Virus record (IMG/VR): IMGVR_UViG_3300021387_000682
Location: 23,579-87,578 of that record
Reading direction: 5' to 3' (one strand)
From: a virus
Taxonomy: Duplodnaviria; Caudoviricetes
Length of the DNA stretch: 64,000 nt
Under the pieces are notes generated by a model. The model made no database searches, was not told the DNA's origin, and saw nothing but the letters and a program-made list of their open reading frames with translations. The number at the start of each line of letters is the position of its first letter. Within the stretch, counting starts at the first letter, position 1. A program made the position numbers and the translations under genes. Shown here one piece after another: positions 1 through 12,700 of this stretch.

Positions 1-3000
1 ATTATTTGTATTAAGTACAAAATCCTTACCTACCTGAGACAAAACACCTAACTCCTCGAGTAACCCAACAATTGTTTTGCCCTTATCCTCTTTTTTAGGA
101 GTGCCATATATTATATTATTAAGCCTAGTCTGTAGTTCTCTGTATGTGATTTTACTACCATCTGGCTTTGTGATTTCAGTCTTATCGAAGATACGACCAT
201 CATTCTTAAAGAACAGCTGAACCTTGTTATCTAACTGAATGTAGTCAGAAACAAGCTGCTCCTTAATATTCTTATCTATGACTGAGTTCCATCTGCCTCT
301 TAACTTATTATGAACTGAAACGAAGTCTCTGGACCCAAGTAATATCGAATACATTACAACATCACCATAGCCATTAAATCTTCTTTGTGGTCTTATTAAG
401 TCCGCAACCCATGTGAGAATATCACAAGCAAACCTCTTTAATCCAAATAAGCACCAAGCTACGAACTTAGATATAGGATTTTTTACTGCTAGTCTAATAG
501 CCCTCACATTGGCTTTAGATGCTATCGACTCAAGCTTCCTACCGGTATATGCCCACAATGACTCTACGTCGTCCTTATACTTCTCTGCAAGGTTATTATA
601 TGATTCCAACGCAAAGTCTGCTAACACTTCATATGGGTCTCTATCTGGGTATTGCTTGCTTATAGCATCAATCATGGTCTTCATGCCAGCTATAGGAAGA
701 CCTGACTTCAGATAGAATATAAACCTATCTCTACTTAAAGCAACTGGACTAGAGTCATTATTATTCCTAAGTATATCATCAGCAATCAATTTATCTGCAC
801 CCTCAAGCTGATCAAGAAGCTTCCTCTGCTCCGAATCAAGCTTTGTAACCTCTTCATCGGTAAGTGTTGCTCCTATAGAAAATTCGGTAGATACGGAACT
901 AAGCTTAGCGTCAGATATTTCTCTACCAGAGATAGCTCCCTCAGCAAAATCCCTTATTGTAAGATTAACGAAGTCATCGAGTGTAAGCGACTTAAGCTCA
1001 TCCTCTGTCCATACGCCAAGCGTTTTGCCTAACTCCTTCCAGAAGTCCAGTATCCATTGCTTGAGTTTTGATATTATATTGCTACTACCCTTCTCTGCGG
1101 CTATTGTCAAAAGCAAGGATTCTCCCTCCTTACCAACGAGTCTAGCGTGTACCTCAGATGCAATCAAATCGTCAAGCTCCTTACCGCTCTTACCTTCGGC
1201 AATCCATCTTTGACCGTATTCAGGGTGATTTAGATATTCATTCCACAGCCTCGTCTGCTTCATTAATTCAACACCACGGTTCCAGAGTGCTTCGTTCTTA
1301 GACCTTACAACCCTATCCCACAAGTGCGTATATTCGTGTATAGGATGCTCAGGTTTTATAACTCTTTCATCGAGATATATTTTACCATCTGTAGTTGCAT
1401 ATCCATAGACTTCACCATTTTTGGTCTTGAAGTATTCTGTATTGCCATTATCCGCAGGAGTACCAGCTGATGCTATATTTTCATTAGGAATGAATCTATT
1501 GTAATCCCATATATCTTTGAGTCTTGAATAATCCAATTTAGCCTTGAAGGTATCAAGCCAAGAGGATAACTGCAGCGGCTTCCCTGATAATGTTTTAGAC
1601 ATATACGACTGCCTACCAGTCTGATCCGAAAATACATCTACAGTCTTTCCTATAACTTCATTATTAGAGAACCCCTCGTGTCTGATTCCGTTGGCATCTT
1701 TTTTATTCTCATATGAATTTACTACATTTCCATTGCCATCTACAATATCATACGATTCTATAATATTATTGCTTCCCTCAAGTATTAAATTGGCAATGCT
1801 ATACCCCTCTGGAACAACCAGCCATGTATCTGTGCTATAGCTTTCTTCTTTATTCGATATCTGTCGTATATATATGGAATTAGGAAATACCTTCTCAAAG
1901 ATCCTCTTATTATGTTCAGAGCTAAATGGGGAAGCCCAGTCTATATCATGTAATAGATTTTCGTTTGGTCTGAATACTGTTCCTTGCTCTGCTAATGCTA
2001 CGCTTCCTGTAAGCACAAAATAGTCAGAAAGCTTTTCTACTATCTCATTACCAAACGAATCTGACTTTAGGGCTTTTTCAAGTGTAACTCGAGTAAGAGG
2101 CTTTCCTATGGATCCAGGTTTATACATTGACTGCGTAACTAACGCTTCGTTTTGAAGCATAATGTTATCTACAATGTATCCAACATTCCTGTTTATACGA
2201 TTAAGTTTAATCTTATAAAGAAAATCAAAGAATTGACGTATGAGGTTTCTTAGCTTCTCAACAAGAGTTTGCGGTATGTTTTCATTTGTTCTCTTATGTA
2301 ATTCATTGGCTATCAAATCTCCAACAGCTTGTAACTGCTCTTCCTTTGACAACAGTCCCTTAAATAAGGAGTTTTTCCTCATGTCACTCATTATTTCAGT
2401 CACAAGAGGATTGTGTTGCATCATAAAAGCAATAACAGTACCAGCCTCTTCAGGGAAGTTCTCTTGTTTGTTTTGATTTATGTATGCAATTTTATTTAAG
2501 ATCTGTATTGTTGAGTATCCATCTATTCCTAACTTCTCAAGATCATTTGTTATTTGAGTGCTAAAACCAAACTTTGACAAATACTTTACAAGTATCTTAT
2601 TTACTTCCGTGTTTAACTTATCGTATATCTCTGGGTTATTTATTCTGTCCTCTGAGTCTATTTTAACCTTATTGCTTTTTGAGTTTGATATAATTTGATC
2701 AATAACCTCATGCATCTCCTTATCTGTGAGGGTACCAGACTTAAATTTCTTTACATAGTTATAAGCATTTTTATCATATATGCCTAGCTCCTTAAGGGTA
2801 TTGAACAATCCGGTATAATCTTTAGAAAGGTATTGTGCCTTAAGTTTCTGTAATGTCTTATATTGGTTATAGAATCTATCATAAGCTTCAACCTCATCTG
2901 CTGTTATTTTGCTTACCTTCTTTCCGAATACTCGCTCTGCAAGTTTTTCATTTGAAAAGTAAAGGTGTTTCACCATCTCTTCTCCCCTGAAATTATATGG

Positions 3001-3711
3001 TTTATCTACTTGTAACTCATATAATCCCTTCTTCCTAAGCATCCCTCCGATATCTTCAGGAACAGAAGCCATAAATGGTACACTATCGAGTAATACATCA
3101 AGAGATTCGTACAGCTTTCTTATACTAGGAGAAGACATTAACCTTCCTCTAAACAGATTGTTTGTAGAATCCCATTCTCCAAATATATATGTATCTCCAT
3201 TTACATACACTTGAAGGTTATCAAACATGTAATCAAACTTATCTCTAGTAACAGCCTTGCCTTCACGTTTTCTATCCATAAGTTTGACATAGTTCTCGTA
3301 TATCTCTGACTTTTTCTGCTCAGAGATTTGCAACAAAGTGCCATTTTGAAGCAGTTTAAATCCATTGGGAACTACACTACCTTCGAGCTGTCTCAGATGC
3401 GACTCCATATCGCTGCTACCATGTGTCTCGATGCCAAGGTCGTTCAAATGACCTACAAGCAGATTAGTGATATCAGCGCTGAGATCAATACCGCCGTCTT
3501 CGGTTAATCCATGCTCTATAGCGTATCTCTTAACATCCTCAGCATATTTCTCAATGTCATTCACATTGTCTATCACACCATGGTTATGCAATACAGATAC
3601 TATACCGTAAATAGTATCAGGGGATATTGCTACCCCCTGATCACCTAACATAATTTTGTCTCTATACTGAAGCCTCCTATCAGGCGACAGCATAATACAT
3701 TTACTACTCAT
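1..3711 (-). CDS. Large polyvalent virion/injected protein, 3'-truncated by the window edge (>1237 aa): degenerate zincin + nucleotidyltransferase + active zincin metallopeptidase
   Basis: Not in the ORF track. Manual translation from ATG at 3711 (1 nt after the RNAP stop) gives no in-frame stop down to position 1 (MSSKCIMLSPDRRLQ...). Motifs: PEEAGT (2437-2454); YFVLTGSVAL...LHDIDW (~1935-2025); KAKLDYSRLKDIWD (~1504-1545); GEVYGY...IYLDE...PIHEYTHLW (HEYTH 1324-1338) with downstream ASEVHAR. Confidence 0.9.
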   Translation of the reverse strand, partial: MSSKCIMLSPDRRLQYRDKIMLGDQGVAISPDTIYGIVSVLHNHGVIDNVNDIEKYAEDVKRYAIEHGLTEDGGIDLSADITNLLVGHLNDLGIETHGSSDMESHLRQLEGSVVPNGFKLLQNGTLLQISEQKKSEIYENYVKLMDRKREGKAVTRDKFDYMFDNLQVYVNGDTYIFGEWDSTNNLFRGRLMSSPSIRKLYESLDVLLDSVPFMASVPEDIGGMLRKKGLYELQVDKPYNFRGEEMVKHLYFSNEKLAERVFGKKVSKITADEVEAYDRFYNQYKTLQKLKAQYLSKDYTGLFNTLKELGIYDKNAYNYVKKFKSGTLTDKEMHEVIDQIISNSKSNKVKIDSEDRINNPEIYDKLNTEVNKILVKYLSKFGFSTQITNDLEKLGIDGYSTIQILNKIAYINQNKQENFPEEAGTVIAFMMQHNPLVTEIMSDMRKNSLFKGLLSKEEQLQAVGDLIANELHKRTNENIPQTLVEKLRNLIRQFFDFLYKIKLNRINRNVGYIVDNIMLQNEALVTQSMYKPGSIGKPLTRVTLEKALKSDSFGNEIVEKLSDYFVLTGSVALAEQGTVFRPNENLLHDIDWASPFSSEHNKRIFEKVFPNSIYIRQISNKEESYSTDTWLVVPEGYSIANLILEGSNNIIESYDIVDGNGNVVNSYENKKDANGIRHEGFSNNEVIGKTVDVFSDQTGRQSYMSKTLSGKPLQLSSWLDTFKAKLDYSRLKDIWDYNRFIPNENIASAGTPADNGNTEYFKTKNGEVYGYATTDGKIYLDERVIKPEHPIHEYTHLWDRVVRSKNEALWNRGVELMKQTRLWNEYLNHPEYGQRWIAEGKSGKELDDLIASEVHARLVGKEGESLLLTIAAEKGSSNIISKLKQWILDFWKELGKTLGVWTEDELKSLTLDDFVNLTIRDFAEGAISGREISDAKLSSVSTEFSIGATLTDEEVTKLDSEQRKLLDQLEGADKLIADDILRNNNDSSPVALSRDRFIFYLKSGLPIAGMKTMIDAISKQYPDRDPYEVLADFALESYNNLAEKYKDDVESLWAYTGRKLESIASKANVRAIRLAVKNPISKFVAWCLFGLKRFACDILTWVADLIRPQRRFNGYGDVVMYSILLGSRDFVSVHNKLRGRWNSVIDKNIKEQLVSDYIQLDNKVQLFFKNDGRIFDKTEITKPDGSKITYRELQTRLNNIIYGTPKKEDKGKTIVGLLEELGVLSQVGKDFVLNTNN

Positions 3712-3712
3712 A

Positions 3713-6700
3713 TTATAAACAATTTTCTATTGCTTCATTAACTTCACCATTATCAACAGCCTTAGGGTTAACACCCGGTTGCTTATCCTTAGATAAACTT
3801 GAACCAACCTTAATAGTAGACTCATCAGATCTTTCAACAGCACTTGTTATTGCGGATTTTAAGCTCTCTATAAAATCAGATTTCATATCCTTATATGGAT
3901 CGTCGTCTGATAATTCGATGCCATCAAGTATGGCTAATGTACTTGACACGACATCTTCGTTAATGCCGGTTGTTATCTTATCTATATTTTTAACTATAGA
4001 ATTACGCTTTTTGTCAATCATAGACCTAACAAGCAAGTCATCGGTGTCGACTGAGCTGAATGTTGAAATGACATTATTCATGAATGACACAGCCTCTGAT
4101 ACCACATTTGTAAGGAACTCGGACGTAAGTATTGCTGGTGTATCAACCCCTTCGATCGTATTATCAGGATCCTGTGTATACACAACGGTGGACTCGAATA
4201 TAACATCATTGATGTCTATCATATTTGTCTCTTCTACTTCTTTACCGCCTTTGTTTTTCTTAACGTAAGTATTGTAGCCTTTTGCTTTGGACATAGACCC
4301 AAGCATTATTTTACCAGATTTGAATTGATCTATTATCACCTTCATTGTGTTCTTCGTGTCAGTATCTATACCATTCTTGTTTTTACCATCTCCATCTATC
4401 AGTCTCTCGTACTTATCTATAAGATTTTTCACAACACCATTAATATATGTCATACATAAATTTGTGCTGCTACCAGATGGTATAAACTCTCCGCCGAATG
4501 TAAGAATGTTGTTGAAGTTGTCATCGTATCCAAATATGCCATTTGAGTTGACAATATTAAGCCCATTGTTGACGAATGACATCATTGGTGCCTCGACGAA
4601 TATACAAGCCTGTTTAACTGTTTTTGGTTTTGGTCCAATAGACAAACTCTCTTCGCCCTCTCCTGATGTGCTGTATTTTACAGATGGAAACTGCAGTCCG
4701 GTTTTGTCACCTTCGCCAATATTCTCACCAACCAAACCAGGTATCCTAGCGATATTCATATATATCTTCGATATGCCACCTCTGGTTACTCTAACAAACG
4801 TCTTGTTGTATAACTCGTAGTTCGATGACATGAATATAACAGGCATTCCACTTGAAGTCTTAACGATCTTATTCTTTGCATTAGGCTTCTTATATGCAAA
4901 TACATCCGGAACCTCGAATTCATCAAAAGAACCATCGTTCTCAAACGTGTAGTCGTGTATTAATCCATTTAAGTTTCCGTACTTAAGGATGAACTCATAT
5001 ACATTCTTATTACTAATAAAGCTATTACTATCAACAATATTAGCCTGCTTCTTTTCAACTTGAGTTCCATTATCGGATTCGGATAGTTCCACAAGAACAC
5101 TTGCCGCATGTGGCATAAGTAACGTGAATACATTACTCTTGCTTCTTACTAATCCACCTGTATACAAGGCTGCTACAACAATCTTTTTAACCAAATCGCG
5201 AGTGTTAATGAAGGTATTATTACCTTTTATCATCAGCTTGATTTTCATATTGTCATTGTACAGCCTAGATATAACAAGCTTCAGCTTTTCTATGTATATG
5301 GAGTTATTCTCATTAAATACATCAGTTTTTATCACTGTGCCGATAACACCCCATGGTGTCCAAACGTTACATCCCTTCATAGCCTGAAGTGAATCCAATG
5401 TAGACTGGTCGAATACGTCATCGTATACGGCACCTGTTGTCACTGCAGAGCAGAATGCATTCCATAGCGACCCAGCTGACAGTGATAAGTCTTTTCCGTC
5501 GCCAAAGAGTGCTTTACCTACGTATTCATTGTCTATATTCAATGCACTTATCAACGATTCGTTCTCGATTGCTGATGAAACCATGGCTGATAATCGCCTG
5601 TCTGTAGAATATTTATTACCTGTAGCTTCCATTATGCCGCCATACAGGGTTGTTGCATTGTCCATTGTTGAAACGGATACTCCATTTAACAAAATCTTAT
5701 TAATAGAGTCAACTGTGAGTATCTTGTCAAGGAAGTGGTTATTGCTGTACATTCGCCTTACGCTCTGTGTATCAAGCATACCATCCTCTTTTGGCTTGAT
5801 CGCATCAGCTATCGTGCTAAGGTATTTCTCGAATCCATATGCATTAATTCCAGTCTTACCCTGCTCAACCTGACAGGACTTGACAACTGTATCAAGCTCA
5901 GAGCCAATCTTATCAACCTCAACCATCTGCCTCATCAATATCAACTGACACGCTGCATATGTGGCTTTATTCAGTTTAACATTTTCTTCATTATATCCAG
6001 TAAGGTTACCCTTTGCATCATGTACTGGTTTGTATATGGTATACTCAACAATGTTGGCTCCAGTTGCCGTCATTTCAGCCATAGCCTCCAAGAGTGCTAT
6101 CTGATTGTTTTGGTATTTCAGCTTATCACCAACACGTACATTGATAGGGGATGTATCACCAAACAATAGGGTTGCTTCATCACCAAACTCGTATGAAGGG
6201 TTGATTGATCCATCAGAGAGGAACATATATTTGTTACGATCATCAGAGCTATCTGTCTTCTTATCTGGAGATATTATCTTTGACGCATCAACGCTGCCCA
6301 TTATTGCAGGATTAATAGCACCATCATCAACAGTAGCTTTAGTAAAGCTAATGTTAATTGTATCCCTCATCTTCGAGACATACCTGCTAATAATGTTTGA
6401 CTCTCTGGTTTTTGCTCTTTCCTTGTAGTTGCTGTATGATGCAGATGTTCCGAGCGACTTAGCAGCAGATAGGACTCTTATTGAATCTTGAGACATAAGG
6501 AACAATGCCTGTCTTCCAAATCCAGCCCTAAGCAATACCGCAGCAGCTGACCATGTTGTTTCGTTTATATTGAAGTCAAGTATATATGGATCCTTGACAG
6601 CATCAACGTGAGCATTGATAAAGTATGACAACCAGTCTGTGATATATACGTCATCTCTTGATTTAACACCACTTAATGTACGGTCCTTACCGGTAAGCCC

Positions 6701-9700
6701 AAGTATAGCCTTTCCTCTTGCGCTAAGGTCGAGTCCAGCTATCTGTGCATATACATGGTTTACGGATGCCAATGCAAATGGAGCGATACCATCTGTAGCA
6801 CCAGAGTTCTCCATCTTCTTATTTATCTGATACATTAACGAGTTTCTGTATACAGATGTCGATGAATTCTCCACTCCGTTAACCATGATGTTCTTTACAT
6901 CAATACCGGTGTTTCTTGTGTGAAGCCTCTTGATAAGACCAACATCCTCATCTTTAAAGATTGTACTACCGGAGTCAATAGTTGTATGCGTTTCAGCCCA
7001 TTGCTCAGGGGATGTCATTATACCTATATAACTGCGTATCATATTAGATGATAATACGCTAGACTGGAGTTCAAGGGTTTTATTAACTAACGCCTTTAGG
7101 GTTATGTCTTTTACATCCTTATACGCATCTATCTTACGCTTGATTTCATCAAGCTTCTCTTCTGCACTTATAACCTCATTGTTTACACTGATAAACTTAT
7201 TCTTTATGGCTACATACAGTTTATCAATATCGAAGTCGGAACCAGTTATATTAACATATCCATCAGGCAATACAATTATATCACCACATTCAGCTCCAAC
7301 TATATCCATAACCCTAAGTGCAGATATAGATGCCTTAGACTGAGTTGGCACACGATATCCAACGCCAAGTGGCTCGGCATTAGCTCCAATCACTTTATTC
7401 TCCGTAAGATACTCTCTTGCTTCAGCTACGCTATACGTACCAGGATTCCCTCCATCCTTACCATGCTTAATTCTCCACTTCGACCAATCTACGTCACTAA
7501 GTAGGTCTGCAAATAAGTTTATTGAAACATAGCAGTCCATAGCGTTATGCTCATTACTAAGCTTAAGTCTAGGCCTACCAGAGCCGTCTATTGTTCTAAA
7601 CAGTGTCTGTGGAACCTGAATGAATGCACCACCCTGTGTTTGTATGGATTGAACATTCTGCTTAACTATTGCCATTATCCTTGCGCTGAACAAGGAACTT
7701 GACATTATCACGCTAACAGGAACAGCGTCTTCCGTTCCAATCTTTCTAGCTGCAGCAAATACATCAACTCCAAGGTTATTTGTACTAGCGGATGATTCAA
7801 TGAGGCTTCTGAGTTTTGCAACAGAAATATGTAGTTCGCCATTCTTATCTGCGATAGACCACTCTGACAACAATCTGCAGTATTCATTCATCTCGAGCGC
7901 TTTCATATTCGACATTATATCTGAACAAATCTTCTCTCCAGATACAGTCTCACCATAGAATGTTATCTCCTTATTATTGCCATCTACGAGATTACCCATC
8001 GTTATAGCCATAAGCTGAGTACCAAGCTTCCTTTCTGCATGTTCATGAGGGTTTGTTTCAAGCTGTCTCCTCAGCATCTGGAACTTAATCTTCGATGGAA
8101 CCATCTTTTTGTTTTTGGCCTCAGCTAATTCGCCTATCGATCCATCGCTTTTATTATACTTAAATATCTCATGGACTTCACTTGAACCAAACTTTTCAAT
8201 CTCATTATCGCCAATCAAATCCGCACCGGTCCTTTTTGCTATCTCATTTAATCTTGCTCCAATAGAACCAGGCTGACACATACCAGGTAGAAGTGGGAAT
8301 ACGGCCATCTTCATAACTCTAGCCGTAACAGTACCTGTTTTAGTGGTGCTCGATGTACCAGCCTCAGTGGCCTTAGTTTCATCTATAGATTGACCACAGT
8401 ATATAAGCTTCATTGGACTGAGTATACACCTTTGATGTATTGCAATTAACTCAGGCCTACTCAACTCCTCACCATTGCTTAATCTTTCAAAGTATTCCTC
8501 TATATCGCTAAGTCTATATCTGCCTTCCTTTATGAGGTACTTCTTGTATGCGTCAAGCGTTATAAAGCACGCTCCATCGGATGACTTTATAATTCCATCT
8601 TCATCCTTTGGTGCTTCAAGTGCATTCATTCTAAGCAAAACGAAGTCATCTATCGCTTTGTTATAATCGTCGTCACTATTAAACTTACTCCTATCAGTTA
8701 TGCTTATTGCTAAGTCCCTAAATACAGACTCCATCTTAAACCCAGCGCCACCAACGAATACACCGTTGCTTTCTGTGTCTTCACTCACAACCACGTCCTT
8801 CATTGATAGATACGACAGCGTGGTCTCACTCATAATTGTGTCATCTGTATCTGGGTCTTCTGGATTCACTTTCTCATATCCATCAAATACACCTCCCTCT
8901 GAACCGGTAGACATAAGTGACTGATATCGCTTGGTTTGGTCTGTTTCGTCCTTGAACAGCGATAATGGTACACCATAAAAGTTCTCAAAGTCACATAAAG
9001 ATAACAAGTTGAGACCTTCTATTGCCATGAAGTATCTAATGATGTCGGTTCCTTTGACATCAAAGTTAAGATTGTACGCTCCATTTTGCGTCGGAATCCC
9101 AGGTAGATCGAATATCGCATAGCCGCTATCATCAAATAGGCCATCTCTCTTAAGGGTATCTATAGTATTATCTGCAAGAACCCTAAGTAGTTTGTCTACA
9201 ACTCCATTAAATATCTTTGTCGGGCCCTTCTGCTCGCCGACTCTATTACCATACTTATCGTGGTCAAATAACGTCTCTCTAGCAAACAAAATTGCATCAC
9301 CAATCGGATTACCATCACCACCTGCAATACTCTTTATTGAGTCCTTGATTACAACCTTTTCCTTGCCATCTTCGGTCTTGTATTCAAGCAACTGAGACAT
9401 ATCTCTTTCGTATATTGCACGAGCAATTTCTATTATCGATTTTGCTTCAGTCAGTGCAGCCTTCATATCTGACCCATGATCTTTTATTCTATCTTGAATC
9501 AGTTTGTTTATATCGAGGCATCTCTTCTTTATTTCACCATTAACCTTTACTTCATAGAATATCTTTCCGAATCTAGGCATCGTAACACCAGCACCTACCT
9601 CTAAAGACCATTCGCCATTAACCTTGCTAGGCGTCTTCTTTAAGTGGAAGTTCTTTTTGAATACAGTTTTATCCTGCATTGCATTATATTTGGCAGATGT

Positions 9701-12700
9701 TTCCGATGAGTTGCTTCCAGCTATAGACATTAAGTCTTCTATTACCCTCAATGCATTATTTGCTTCTACAACCGCCCTTGCTTCGATTTCCTTCAGAAGC
9801 TTGCTGGTTCTTTTTACTTCTGTGCCGTCGCCTGTCACAAGAGCATCCCTGGAATTACCATCTTCGGACCCGGTAACCATCAAAGCTCTAGTTTTTGAGT
9901 ACAATGTTTCACCAAAGCCGTTGCTAGCCATTGTAGGCATCAGTATGTGCCCATTCAGTAATAATGCACATCTTTCGTACAAGTAATCAATCTTACTTCT
10001 ATTTCTATAATCACTAGGCCTTGTAGATGCACCAGATTTTGCTAAGCGCATTGTATTAATCTGACATACTGACATATCGCCAGAATATGTGTATATGTCA
10101 TTGCGGACAAGCCCATTGAGTTCGCAGGCCTCACTAATCTTTTCGGCCTCTGATGCGTATATGGAATTATTTCCAACACCTGCTGCAAGCTTAGCCAGAG
10201 CAATCTTCCTAAGCATAGATTCAATATAGCTACTTTGCTTATTTAAGTTCACAATTTCACCCTTAGAGTTTCTTGTTGTGAAATCAGATGCAGCAACTCT
10301 GTTTTGCGTGTAAGACCTAACGAAGTTCCATACAGATCTATAACTTTTTCTATGCAGTCTACCGCGATACTGGTACATGCTTGACGTAAATCTATAAGCA
10401 ACATTACCAGAGTCGTCTTCTTCGGCTAATTTAACATCGTCGTTTAGTGTTCCAACAACGTAGTCTATAACCTCTACGAGATTTGCTGCAGTAGAGCGAA
10501 CGTCTTCCATAAGAGTATCAAGCTCTTCTTGAGATGGGAAAAATCCGAGTTGTGTAATTATATTATACAGTTTCTCTTTATTAATCTGGGATCCTCTTTT
10601 TACAGCAAGACAGGTTTCTCTAAGGCCTTTTTCGCCGCTTAAATGATTTAATATAGCGTCATATTGCTTATCATCCGTAGGATCGTAGTTTGATATCCCG
10701 AGCGCTGATAGGATGTTTCCACCAGCTCTAGATGATGCCGCATTGAGCTCAACTCTAGCGTAATCACCAGAATTCTTAATGTCTATTAGCTCATATCCTC
10801 CATTAGTTATCTCTATGCTAACCGTACTAACAACATCTCTATTCAGGAATACGAATATGTTTGCGAGGTCGAAAGTTCTGAATCCAGGTCCAGCATTAAA
10901 ACCAGTGTCTGCCCTTAGATTAAATTTGCTGCCAACATCTGACTTTGCTAATATCTCATAGAACGATTTAACTATGCCAAGATTATAGCGCTTTCCATCT
11001 ATAGTTGCATCCTTTGATTTTTTATTAGCGGCGATTGCTATCGCATTAACAAATTCACCAAGTGTCGAAGCACCCTTTGTTACAGCAAGCAATGTCTGGT
11101 ATACATCCCTTCTCTGGTAGAATTCGTCGAATCCTGTAAGCTTACTTCTCACATTGCTTATAGACTCATCTTTATTAATCTTCAATTTTGGTATCAACGA
11201 AAGCAAGAATCCAGCTCTCTTCGACATGGTCTCTATCGGAGACACAGGATTTTCCTTGTATTGGATAATATCCTGCAGGTTGTCAGCGGACTCTATATCA
11301 CCCTCATTACGTATGTTTACAATTGAATTAACATTCTTTATTGCATCTGATACAATATTAGATATAGCACCAGAGTCAGCACCCTCTCCTACGCTAATAT
11401 TATCATATAAATCCCTTAATGTTTCATATGTCTTTATATCTGAATCTTTTGCATTATTAGGATCTGATAATATTGATTTAGCAAGATTGTCTATCTTAGC
11501 CTTTATTGCTAACTTGATGATTCTAGGACTTAATGTAACATCATTCACACCTGCGATACTTACAGACAATGATGCGTATCTATAGAATATGCTTGACACT
11601 ATAGATTGTACTTCAGCTGCTGTGTTTACATGTCTAAATAAACCAGATATATCGTCATTCGACAACTCGTTCTTAGATGCATTTATGGCGTTTCTAACGA
11701 AGTATGTTGTATCCGCAGTACGCTCATCATATACAGTCTTTCCATCGATTTCAATCTTAGAGACAAGTGATGTTCCAAAGAATGATATCTTTTGTCTGTT
11801 GCCGCTAGCATCTGGGTTTAATCTAAGACTCTTATCACCTATAATGCCATCGAATGCACCATCTTTCTTTGCTTCCGATAATCTATCTACAACAACCGCA
11901 TCCTTTGATGACATTATATCGGCCGCTAACTTAACCTCATCAAGAATACTTTCAAGCTCTTCATCAAACCAAGTTCTACTTACAGACAAGGCTGTTGCAA
12001 TTGATTTTACATTCTTGTTTGAGTATAGAGATGTAGACTCATTTCCTACCTCGGCACTTATTTCATTTGCCAATGCAGTAAGAGTGTCATTATACAATTC
12101 CCTGTCATTTCTATATTTGCTGCCGCTTGGTATTCTCACTGAGATTGCTGCATCAATAATAGAGATTAGTACGCGAAGATCTGGGATCTGCTCTATAGTT
12201 GGTGCGCTAATCTTTCCTTCGCGGAGTTCACGAAGTGTGTTTAATCCATTAGTTATACTAGAGCATATCCTTGATACAGTATCAGATTTAGGTTTGCATA
12301 ATGCCAGTACAGATGCTGCAGTCATCGTGGAGTTAAGCGCCTTAATTGTCAGATCAATATCCTTATCTTCATCAAGGCTGGAAAGTTCAAATTCTTTCAC
12401 GGTCTTGATAGCGTCAACAATACCCCATATCTTTTTACTAGCAATGAATTCTATGTCACCATCATCTGTAGCACTTTTAATCTCTATATAGTTTGCTCTA
12501 TTGTAAACTCTCTTAATTGCACCGTCTGCACATCCAATAGCTGGCGCTGCAATTGTTATCATGTCAGAGAGTTCGCTAAATACGATAGACTTAACTCTGT
12601 TTGTTGATATATCAGCAAATCCAAAGAATTCCAGTATACCACCAATAAATGATAATATTGCATCATAAATCTTGGCGATGTAAGATGGATATCCGGCAGA

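Noticed and set aside
1-3711. Apparent ORF-free 3.7 kb suggesting stop-codon reassignment (TAG/TGA recoding is known in some Crassvirales)
   Set aside because: One minus-strand frame is fully open from 3711 to 1 under code 11 and simply lacks a stop inside the window. Elsewhere TAA, TGA (34290, 36380, 37860, 38328) and TAG (36873, 39617, 56237) all end genes at sensible positions.
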